DNA from: Candidatus Latescibacterota bacterium
Lineage (GTDB): Bacteria; Latescibacterota; UBA2968; GCA-2709665
Reading direction: 5' to 3'
NCBI GenBank assembly: GCA_965226795.1
Contig: CBDDDZ010000005.1
Span: 1,474,016-1,538,015 of the forward strand
DNA length: 64,000 nucleotides
Part shown: in pieces, positions 20,084-29,200 of the stretch
Layout of the letters: each line of letters opens with the position of its first letter
Numbering within the stretch: the stretch's first letter is position 1
The notes under the pieces: generated by a model
Databases searched by the model: none
Seen by the model: only the letters and a program-made list of their open reading frames with translations
Told to the model about the DNA's origin: nothing
Translations under genes and position numbers: made by a program

Positions 20084-20802
20084 TTTTGAAGGCCCGGAAC
20101 CTGGTGAAAGCATACAACCGCCAGCGGGTTGTCGATGGTGTCTGCCTCGAGGTGAATCCCGGAGAGGTCGTAGGTCTTCTGGGCCCAAATGGAGCGGGAA
20201 AAACCACCACCTTTCACCTGATTGTGGGACTGGTTCCATGCAGACAGGGGGAGATTTTCCTCGGTGAAGAGGAAATAACCGGCATGCCGATGTATATTCG
20301 GGCACGGAAGGGCATCGGTTATCTGGCCCAGGAACCCTCGATTTTCCGTAAGCTATCCGTGAAGCAGAACATCCTTGCGGTGCTGGAAACACTTCATGTG
20401 TCACGTGTAGAACAGGAAGCCCGCCTTGAGGCGCTCTTGCAGGAATTGGGACTCTCGAGCCTGGCGAATCGCAGGGCCGACCGGCTGTCGGGCGGCGAAG
20501 CACGCAGACTGGAGATTACACGTGCTCTGGCCAGGCGTCCCAGATTTCTGTTACTGGATGAACCGTTTGCTGGTATTGACCCAAAGGCGGTAGAAGATAT
20601 CCAGGCCATTATCCGCACTTTGAAGGACCGGCGGATCGGACTGCTGATTACCGATCACAACGTACGCGAAACCCTGGCGATCACCGACAGGTCTTATATT
20701 CTCTCCTGCGGAAGGATTCTGACCTCCGGCAACCCCGTTGAACTGGCAGAGAATCCGGAGGTGCGGCGGGTATACCTCGGGGATAGGTTCCGACTGGACT
20801 GA
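20080..20802 (+). CDS. lptB: LPS export ABC transporter ATP-binding protein
   Basis: LKARNLVKAY..GLLGPNGAGKTTTF..LSGGEARRLEITRAL..LLLDEPFAGIDP.. Confidence 0.9.
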   Translation: MILKARNLVKAYNRQRVVDGVCLEVNPGEVVGLLGPNGAGKTTTFHLIVGLVPCRQGEIFLGEEEITGMPMYIRARKGIGYLAQEPSIFRKLSVKQNILAVLETLHVSRVEQEARLEALLQELGLSSLANRRADRLSGGEARRLEITRALARRPRFLLLDEPFAGIDPKAVEDIQAIIRTLKDRRIGLLITDHNVRETLAITDRSYILSCGRILTSGNPVELAENPEVRRVYLGDRFRLD

Positions 20803-21031
20803 CGGAAAAATGGGATTGTCACGCGGCCACGTTTTCCGTATTATTTATCAGGTGGCGATTGGGCAACAGATCGAACATCGATCAGGCAATCGGCTCCGGC
20901 CACGTGAAAGTTGAAAAGTTCAAAACTTTGATAATACGAATGTTAATTGACATTTTTCTACGTTAGACCATCCGTTGGGAAGTATCGTTTATTTCCATTT
21001 CGACCGTCTTACCTGGGAATTCCAAGGGCAA

Positions 21032-22498
21032 ATGATTCAACTGACCCAAACAGTTTCTTTACAACAGAAGTTGGCGCCCCAACTCATCCAGTCGTTGCGG
21101 CTCCTTCAGACGCCCTCGCTGGAATTGGAACAGTTGATTCAGCAGGAACTGCAGATCAATCCCCTCCTGGAAGTCTCTGAAGAGACCAGTCGCGAGGAGG
21201 AATGGGGTCTGGAGTCGGACCAAGCGGAAGCGGACGATACCGACACCGAGAGGAAGGAAGCGGACGACTCGGATCCGTCGGAACTGGAATTTGGCGACGC
21301 GACCGTGGCCGACGGACGTTTCGATGAGAACCAGTGGAACGAAATCCTTAACGATTCCGGATATACCGTGCCCCGGCAGGAGTTCGATCCCAATGCTGAG
21401 GACTGGGAGTACGACGGCGCCGAGCAGCAGTCTCTGGAAGCGGAGTTGCAGGCGCAACTGTCTCTAACCGGTTTGGACGTCGGAGAGCGGAAGATCGGCG
21501 AGTACATCATTGGCAATATCGACGAGGATGGCTTCTTGCAGGCGCCGGTCGACGATATTGCTGCGATGCTCGGAGAAGAGACCAGGACGGTGGAGCGAAT
21601 TCTGGACGTTATTCAGACATTCGATCCGCCGGGCGTGGGTGCACGGAACCTTCAAGAATGCCTGGCGATCCAGCTTCTTGAGCATGGGCTGAAGGATTCT
21701 CTCGCGATGCAGATCGTGCGCGAATACTGGGATGATCTGGTGAACCGCCGATACGTAAAGATCTGTCGATCACTGGGTGCGGACCGCGCAGCAATTGCCA
21801 ACGCCGAAGGAGTGATCTCGGGCCTGAATCCCAAGCCGATGATCTACAGGGAAGGCCGAATCAATCACAATTTGGTCGTGCCCGATCTGGAGGTCCAGAA
21901 GGTCGGCGACGAGTATGTGGTTACGCTAATCGACCGCAATCTTCCTTCCCTTCGGGTCAGCCCTGTCTACAGGACACTGCTGAGCAAGTCCGGTAAGCCA
22001 GGGAGCCAGGCCAGAAAGTTCGTCGTGGATCGTCTGAATTCAGCCCGCTGGTTTATCAGCGCGATCAACCAGCGTCGAACCACGATGCTCAAGGTCATGC
22101 GTTGTATTGTCGACAATCAACGCGCATTCTTCGACAAGGGAGTTGGATTCCTGAAGCCCATGGTGCTCCAGGACGTCGCGGACAGGGTAAACATGCATGT
22201 GTCAACGATCAGCCGGGTGAGTAACGGGAAATACGTACAAACGCCGCACGGTGTTTTGGAGTTGAAGTACTTTTTCGACGGGGGCTTGGCCCGAAACGAC
22301 GGCGAAGATATCGCCGCACGGAGTGTAAAACAAAAGATCGCCAGATTGATTGCTGAGGAGAACACCAGAAGGCCTTTGAGTGATCAGAAAATCACTGACA
22401 TCCTGAAGGATGAAGGCATCGCTATTGCGCGCCGTACGGTAGCCAAGTATAGAGATCAGTTGAAGATCAATCCGGCCAGGTACAGAAAGTCCATTTGA
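21032..22498 (+). CDS. rpoN: RNA polymerase sigma-54 factor
   Basis: N-terminal Q/L-rich region I, HTH, and RpoN box ARRTVAKYRDQLKI at the C-terminus. The start is set at the internal Met of track ORF 20975..22498. Confidence 0.9.
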   Translation: MIQLTQTVSLQQKLAPQLIQSLRLLQTPSLELEQLIQQELQINPLLEVSEETSREEEWGLESDQAEADDTDTERKEADDSDPSELEFGDATVADGRFDENQWNEILNDSGYTVPRQEFDPNAEDWEYDGAEQQSLEAELQAQLSLTGLDVGERKIGEYIIGNIDEDGFLQAPVDDIAAMLGEETRTVERILDVIQTFDPPGVGARNLQECLAIQLLEHGLKDSLAMQIVREYWDDLVNRRYVKICRSLGADRAAIANAEGVISGLNPKPMIYREGRINHNLVVPDLEVQKVGDEYVVTLIDRNLPSLRVSPVYRTLLSKSGKPGSQARKFVVDRLNSARWFISAINQRRTTMLKVMRCIVDNQRAFFDKGVGFLKPMVLQDVADRVNMHVSTISRVSNGKYVQTPHGVLELKYFFDGGLARNDGEDIAARSVKQKIARLIAEENTRRPLSDQKITDILKDEGIAIARRTVAKYRDQLKINPARYRKSI

Positions 22499-22635
22499 AC
22501 GCGAGAAGGACAAAAGTACAGTCAGAAGACAACCGGCGGAATCTCGAGCGTTGGCGTATTTTCGCTCGGATCCCGCCGGTTTTTCTTTCCGGACGCCGTT
22601 GTGTCCGCTGTTGACGGGGCCCGCTATCCGATTAT

Positions 22636-23457
22636 TTACACGCCGGATTGAACGGCGCTGATTTCGTCCTTTGAGATTTTGTGTACACTCTTGGGATTGA
22701 AGGTCTGCCGTGTGCCCGACCGGAGCGCAACTTCGATTCTTCCTCCTGTCAGGACGAAAAACTGGAGTAGGAACCCTCCGCCCTGCATCGACTCGACCTG
22801 ATATTCCTCTGGGTCCATCCCGTCAACCCATCCAGGAAAATGCGCCCTGAAACGGGCATCCGCGAACACGTTTTGCGGCAGCGCCATAACCAGCGTTCCA
22901 GGCAGTTCGTTCAGGGCCTCACCGATGGTCCTTCGTATCCCGGCCAGGTAGGGGATCACCTTCCCCGCATAATCGAAGTCGTCCTCAACGCCACGCTCAG
23001 GCGGAACAATACCCCACGTCATATGGTGTATAAACGGATTGCCGTGACCCTGGGCGAGCATGTGGTCCCGGGCCGCTTCATCCACGGGATGGACGACTGC
23101 GACGTAGTCGAACCAGCCCTTTTCTCGAGCGGGACTGTCCTCGGGCAGCCCGGAGGGGACATTAATGTAGTCGTACCCGTCCACCGGCGACGGATAGCAC
23201 CGGGTGTCCCACCCGGCGACGTACCCGATGCGTTTCAAACGGCCGGCCAGAAGATGCGGGGGGTCGACAAAAATGGCGGCATGGTCCGGATTCGGCAACA
23301 GCGGTACGGCGGCGTCAGAGATCTTACGTGCAACATCGAGCGCTTCCCACAGCCGTTCGGGTGCGTTGGAAATGTCGAGTTGCTCATTGAAATCGTCCGG
23401 CAGGATAACGTTCCCGGGCATCTTTCTCTCCTCCACGGAAAGGACGATTGAAATCAA
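22636..23457 (-). CDS. Hypothetical protein (273 aa, acidic, no recognisable motif)
   Basis: Long ORF with protein-like composition on the minus strand. Function unknown. Confidence 0.5.
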   Translation of the reverse strand: MISIVLSVEERKMPGNVILPDDFNEQLDISNAPERLWEALDVARKISDAAVPLLPNPDHAAIFVDPPHLLAGRLKRIGYVAGWDTRCYPSPVDGYDYINVPSGLPEDSPAREKGWFDYVAVVHPVDEAARDHMLAQGHGNPFIHHMTWGIVPPERGVEDDFDYAGKVIPYLAGIRRTIGEALNELPGTLVMALPQNVFADARFRAHFPGWVDGMDPEEYQVESMQGGGFLLQFFVLTGGRIEVALRSGTRQTFNPKSVHKISKDEISAVQSGV

Positions 23458-23706
23458 TCACAAGGTTTGAATTGACAAAAAGATCAAGCAGCCGGCCCCG
23501 CCCACTAAGGCGCCAACCTTTCACATGTAAAATTGCGAACCGCGTTCGCGGTGTCAAGCGGAATTCGGTTCGGGGAGATGGTTAGAGAACGATACATCGG
23601 AACGTCGGCGGGATTGAAGGCGCAGCTGGAGGAAAACGAAATCGATCGACGTTTCAATCGCAAGAAGACCGTAAATGCATCAGACAAGATTGGACATTCC
23701 CCAAAT

Positions 23707-23735
23707 CCCGACTGTGAATCGGTCGGGATTTTTTC
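23707..23735 (+). terminator. Rho-independent terminator-like hairpin (CCCGAC-tgtgaatcg-GTCGGG plus ATTTTTT)
   Basis: Perfect 6-bp GC-rich stem followed by a T-run on the plus strand. No convincing plus-strand CDS lies upstream. Confidence 0.4.
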
Positions 23736-23916
23736 GTGTCACATCGACCGCAAGCGGTTTTCAAATTCGAAAACCATTCTGAAAGCTGTATTCATTCCCT
23801 GGCAAATCAGGTCATTAGCGCCTAAAACACAAACCTTTAATAAAAATACACTTATGTTTAACATCTTCAATTGGCATACGGATTGCGTGGCCTGTTTGAC
23901 GCGATGGCGCTTGTAA

Positions 23917-26103
23917 ATGGAGAGATATGTGAAACAGACCCTCTTGATCTTTATAGTATTCCTGTTCCTGGATCAGAACGCGTTGTGGGCCCAGGCGATC
24001 GCCACGCCCGACACGCTCCACTTCGGTCCGGTGCGCACAGGGACTTCAGTTCTGGATAGTATCAGTGTCGTGAACAGAGGGGAGGCCAACGTAGTCCTGA
24101 GTTCCTGGGTTGTCGACGGAACCGCCTTCCAGCTACGGGGCGACCCCTTTTCCGACGCAGACGTCGTACTGCCGCCGGAGCAGGCCATGAACCTGCGGAT
24201 CCGTTTTGAACCCCAGGATCTGGTTGTCTATTCCATGGATCTTATCGTCGAGACCAACAGCGGGGATGTGAGCATACACCTCTCGGGCGAAGGCGTTCGC
24301 GAAGTTGTGGTCATTCAGGAGATCCTCGCCGACCCGCCCTCGGACTTGGAAGGCGACGCCAATGCAGACGGCGTGCGCCACCGCTATCAGGACGAGTTCG
24401 TGGAACTGCTCAATATCGGATTCAGGCCCGTCGAGTTGGACGGATGGCAGTTGAGCGATGCGGGCACCGCGCCTCAGGCGAGGTTCACGTTTCCGGAAAA
24501 CACCCTGTTGGAACCCGGCGAACGTGCGGTTCTGTTTGGCGGTGGTTCTCCCGCAGGTTTTTCAGGACCCGTGTTCGTGGACGACGGAACGATCGGAGGG
24601 GGTCTGAATAACCGGGGTGACGCGGTTTTCCTGATCGACCCGACGGTGCCGGATACCCTGGCGACCGCTGCCTACGGCACCGCGGCGGACAAGAACCAAT
24701 CGCTGGTGCGCCACCCGCAAGGCCGGGGACCATTCGAACTCCATAGTCTGTTTCCCGGTAACGGCGCGCTGTTTTCACCGGGCCGGGCGCGTACGGTCAT
24801 ACAGCGAATCGATGTCGTGCCCGCGGATACCACCGTGGAACTGGGCGCTGTGATCCGGTTCGAAGCACAGGCTGTATTCAACGATGGGAGCGAATCCACG
24901 ATAGACGGCGGGGTGGCCTGGCATTCGACTGATGATGCGATTGTCAGTCTTTTGGACGACACCGGGACGGCGGTGGGCGTAGGTACCGTAGAGATAACCG
25001 CTAAAGTGTTGGGCGAAACGTCCATACCCGGTACCGTTGTGGTCGTGCCCCCCTTCTTGTCGGACTTGAGGGTTGCGCCCTCGGACACACTGCTGGTGGT
25101 GGGTGATGCGCTCGAGTACCGGGTGAACGGTTTAAACGGTGAGGGCGTCGAGGAGCCGGTCAGGTCCGGGCTGGTATGGCAGAGCTCGGATTCCACGGTC
25201 GCACTCCCTAAGGGGGGTAATGTGATGTTGGCCACGGGATCGGGAAATGCCTCAGTGGTCGTTCATCTGGACTCCATGTCGGGTACGGCTACGTTCCGGG
25301 CTGGTGACCGTGGAGACCCGAATGCAGATGGCGAATTCGATTTGCTGGATGCGCTCCTTACCGTCTATCTCATCCTGGACATGCGGACCGACGCCGGACC
25401 GTATGAGCGTAGCGCTGCGGATTTGAATCAGGATGGGCTTGTGGATATTCTGGATCTGGCTCTGTTGATTCGCAAAATACTGGGGGTTCCGGCTGGTGGG
25501 GCGAAACCCGCATTGGCCGGTGCTGCCGCGTGGCAGTGGGACGGTGAATGCCTGAATATCCGGGCCACGTCCGGACTTTCGGTGATTCTGATTGCATTTG
25601 ACGGTCACGTCGCGAGCGTGAAACCGCCCGTCGGAACGAAAGCGGTCGTTTCACATGCGCACCCGGGTCAAACACGCGTACTAGTCTTTCCAGTTTCGGC
25701 GGACGGGCTGGATGGCGGTAACACGGGCCTCCGGCTGGTCACCCGGGGTGAGGCCGGAAGGGTGGCCGAAGTGAGGGCCGCGGATATGTGGGGCCGACCG
25801 GTCGTGTTCAACTCCGAAGGGACGCAAAGGTTTGGATTGGAACAGAATTACCCCAATCCGTTCAACGCCTCCACAATGCTGGTCTACAGTTTACAGCGCG
25901 GGGATTATGCACAGTTGCGAATTTTCTCGACGCTGGGACAGGAAATCGCACGGCCGATCGACGGTCCGGTCGCGGCGGGCACCCACCGAGTTGTCTGGGA
26001 CGGCCGCGATGCGGAGGGGCGGCCAGCTGGGAGTGGTGTCTACCTTGGACATCTGGTGGCCGGTAAACAGCGATCCGTGATAAAGATGGTGCTGTTGAGA
26101 TAA
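23917..26103 (+). CDS. Secreted T9SS cargo protein: signal peptide, choice-of-anchor-D/ASH-like beta domain, lamin-tail domain (LTD), 2x Big_2 Ig-like domains, dockerin (two Ca-binding repeats) and a T9SS C-terminal sorting domain
   Basis: LTD: EILADPPSDLEGDANADGVRHRYQDEFVELLN...WQLSD...PGERAVLFGGG...NRGDAVFL. Dockerin: GDPNADGEFDLLDALLTVYLIL...ADLNQDGLVDILDLALLIRKILG. T9SS CTD: NYPNPFNASTMLVYSL...VWDGRDAEGRPAGSGVYLGHL...KMVLLR. Confidence 0.8.
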   Translation: MERYVKQTLLIFIVFLFLDQNALWAQAIATPDTLHFGPVRTGTSVLDSISVVNRGEANVVLSSWVVDGTAFQLRGDPFSDADVVLPPEQAMNLRIRFEPQDLVVYSMDLIVETNSGDVSIHLSGEGVREVVVIQEILADPPSDLEGDANADGVRHRYQDEFVELLNIGFRPVELDGWQLSDAGTAPQARFTFPENTLLEPGERAVLFGGGSPAGFSGPVFVDDGTIGGGLNNRGDAVFLIDPTVPDTLATAAYGTAADKNQSLVRHPQGRGPFELHSLFPGNGALFSPGRARTVIQRIDVVPADTTVELGAVIRFEAQAVFNDGSESTIDGGVAWHSTDDAIVSLLDDTGTAVGVGTVEITAKVLGETSIPGTVVVVPPFLSDLRVAPSDTLLVVGDALEYRVNGLNGEGVEEPVRSGLVWQSSDSTVALPKGGNVMLATGSGNASVVVHLDSMSGTATFRAGDRGDPNADGEFDLLDALLTVYLILDMRTDAGPYERSAADLNQDGLVDILDLALLIRKILGVPAGGAKPALAGAAAWQWDGECLNIRATSGLSVILIAFDGHVASVKPPVGTKAVVSHAHPGQTRVLVFPVSADGLDGGNTGLRLVTRGEAGRVAEVRAADMWGRPVVFNSEGTQRFGLEQNYPNPFNASTMLVYSLQRGDYAQLRIFSTLGQEIARPIDGPVAAGTHRVVWDGRDAEGRPAGSGVYLGHLVAGKQRSVIKMVLLR

Positions 26104-26213
26104 ATCCGTTGGGTCGAAGACAACAGCCGCTGTTCACCCGTCATCGGCAAACATAGGCTCTCCACCCCGTGCGGGCTGGTGCGTCCATCATCGAATATTG
26201 AAGGTATCCCAGC

Positions 26214-29200
26214 ATGCGTCGCTATATACACACATTGGCAATCCTGCTGTCTCTGGACCCGCCGCCGGCGGGTCACTGCACGCCAGCCGACACACTCTGG
26301 GTAAAGGGAGCAACCGTTCTGGCCACAGATACCGTGGGTGTTGAGGTGGTCCTTAAGAATGCACGGCCGATAGCGGGCACCACCTGGACCCTGGGATATG
26401 ATTCTTCGTCCATGGCGGTGGTCGGAGTCGATAAGACGGAGCGGACCGCAGGCATGGAGATCTATATGCACGCTGCAGGCGATTCGGTAAAAGCTCTAAT
26501 CCTGAACCCGTCTACGGGACAGGCGATTCCGCCGGGCGAGGGAGCCGTAGCCCTCTTGCGGATGGCGATTCGCGAATCCATCCCCGACGGCATCTACCCG
26601 CTGACGTTCCGTATGGTGGATCTGGTGAATACCGCGCAGCCCCCAGAGCGACTTGCAGCAGTCGGGCTGGGCGGACAGGTTCGGGTTACGTCCCAGCTTT
26701 TTTCCGTCGGGGCAACCAGCGGGTCCCCCGGTGACACCGTTTCCGTACCCCTCAAATTGCGAAACAGGGCTGTAGTGGCGGGCATTCAGGTTGAACTGAA
26801 CTGGCCTCAAGACGCGCTGAGCTTCGTGGAGGTGTTGCCCGCCGATCGAATTGCCCAATGGGATCTGTGGGCGGTTGCCAGAAACGGGAATGGCGCCATG
26901 GTTCTCGCGGCCGACCTGGATGGTACGGAGCGGATACCGCCTGGTGACGGCACGTTAGCCCTGTTGAATCTGGCCATCCCCGTCTTCTCCAACAGTAGCG
27001 CAGTGCCCATCTCTATCGAAAGCGTGAGATTGGCGAATCCGGAGGGAACGGCCCTGCCCTCCGCCTCGGAAAGCGGGGAGATCGCCATCCTGTCGAACTT
27101 GAATAGATCCCCTCAACTGGCTCTTCCAGAATATATTACCACGCCCGAAGATTCTACATTTCTGTGGCGCGCACCGGCCTTTGACCCAGACGGAGACCAA
27201 CTTGAATTCGAAGCCGAAAACCTTCCGGAATGGCTATCGCTCGACGCCGCTTCCGGGAAATTCAGCGGCAGACCCGAAGACAGGGATGTTGGCGTTTATA
27301 TAGTCAGTCTCCTGGTTTCCGACGGTCGAATCAGTGTTCCGGACTCGATGCGACTTGAAGTCACCAATCTTCCGCCTCAGATTATCGGCACGCCCGAACG
27401 TACGGCCCGCGTGGGCGCCGAATACCGTTATGCGCCGGAGGTGCGAAACCTCGATGGCGGGTATGTTCGTATTGAGGCAGACGTTCTGGGCATTCTATGG
27501 GACGCTCAGACCGGCCTCGTTATCTGGCAGCCCGAAAAACCGGGCGAATTTCGCTTGCGATTGATCGCGGTGGATCCGAATGGCGGAGAAGCCGTACAGT
27601 CATTCGATGTAACCGTAGCAGCAGGCGCCAAGGTGGTGATCGATGAGGTGTTGGCGGATCCGGCTACAGGTCCAAACGGTGATGCCAACCGGGACGGGGT
27701 TAGAGACAGCAAGTCAGACGAGTTTGTTGAAATATGGAATGTTGATTCGAAGCCGGTGACGATAGGCGGATGGTGGCTAAGCGACGACGACGTCGGGTCA
27801 AGCGGGCGATTTCATTTTCCGGACGGCACGGTACTTGAACCGGGAACCCGCGCGGTGCTGTTTGGCGGTGGCGAGCCAAGAGATATTCCCGGGCGCGTAT
27901 TTGTGGACGACGGCAGTATCGGTAATGGATTGACCAATAAGGGGGATCTGGTCTTGCTTGTCGATCCGGTTTCTGAAGATACGATGGCAGTTGCCGACTT
28001 CCGGGTAAAGGGCGACCTGAACCGATCCGTGGTGAGGCTGGCCGAAGGCATTTACGTTCCACATCCCGATTTACCGGACGGTGGGGTCATATCCCCAGGC
28101 CGGCCGCATCCGAACCCCGCGGACCCGGAGGAAACGGCGAAACCACCACGGCCGGTATTTCTGGATGCCCCCCCATCGTGGTGCCGGGTTGGCGCGCTTT
28201 GTCGGTTCGTGCCCAGAATTCGCAATCTGGACGGTGGGTTCGTGCGTCTTGAAACCCGTGTACTTGGTGTCGTGTGGGACCGTTCCACGGGCGAGATTTT
28301 ATGGAGGCCCGATAAGGAAGGGCGTTTTCGTTTCTGGCAAACCGCGGTAAGTGGCGCGGGCGAGACGACCGTCAGGCAGTTTGATGTATGGGTTGAGCCC
28401 CGTCCGAAAATTGCAATTGTCGAAATTCTGGCAGACCCTCCGCCCGGCGTATACGGAGACGTAAATGGAGATGGAACGCGAGATAGTCAGGCGGACGAAT
28501 TTGTCGAGATCTTGAATGAAGGACCGGATGCAGTCTGGCTTACGGACTGGCGGCTGAGCGACGATGATGTATCGGACCGCCGGCAGTTTCGGTTTCCCAA
28601 TCTGACGCGCCTCCAGCCGGGAGAACGAGCCGTGTTGTTCGGAGGGGGACGTCCCGTGGGGGTCGAGGGCCAGGTGTTTGTGGATGACGGCAGCATCGGC
28701 AACGGGTTGACCAACAAGGCCGATGTGATTCTGTTGATCGACCCCGTCCTGAACGACACGCTTGGCCGCGCTTCTTATCATGTGGAGTCGGATATCGACC
28801 AGTCTCTGGTGTGGGACGGCACGGGCTGGATTCCGCATGAGACCCCACCGGGCCGAGGAGTTTTTTCGCCTGGACTACCGCGGGAGATGGGTACCGTCAT
28901 AACGGAAAACGCAGATGACAAACAAGACGGGGGAACGGACGGTGGGGTAGGACCGAATGAAGCGGAAAGAAACGCCCGATACCCGTCAGGGTCCGTTCCA
29001 TCAGGCGTAATTATCAATGAGATCCTGGCCAATCCCACCCATGGTGCAAACGGCGATGCCAACGGAGACGGCGAACGCCATGGATATCAGGACGAATTCC
29101 TCGAACTCAAGAACACAGGACCCGATACAGCTTACCTGGACGGATGCAGGCTAGGAGATGACGATGTGCCGCTGGACCGTCTGTTCGGATTTCCAACCGG

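Noticed and set aside
20947-20975. Possible sigma-70 promoter TTGACA upstream of rpoN
   Set aside because: No acceptable -10 element at 16-18 nt spacing (CATCCG/ATCCGT).
23533-23916. 127-aa plus-strand ORF upstream of the T9SS gene
   Set aside because: Reads through a terminator hairpin and an AT-rich tract. No SD. Not protein-like.
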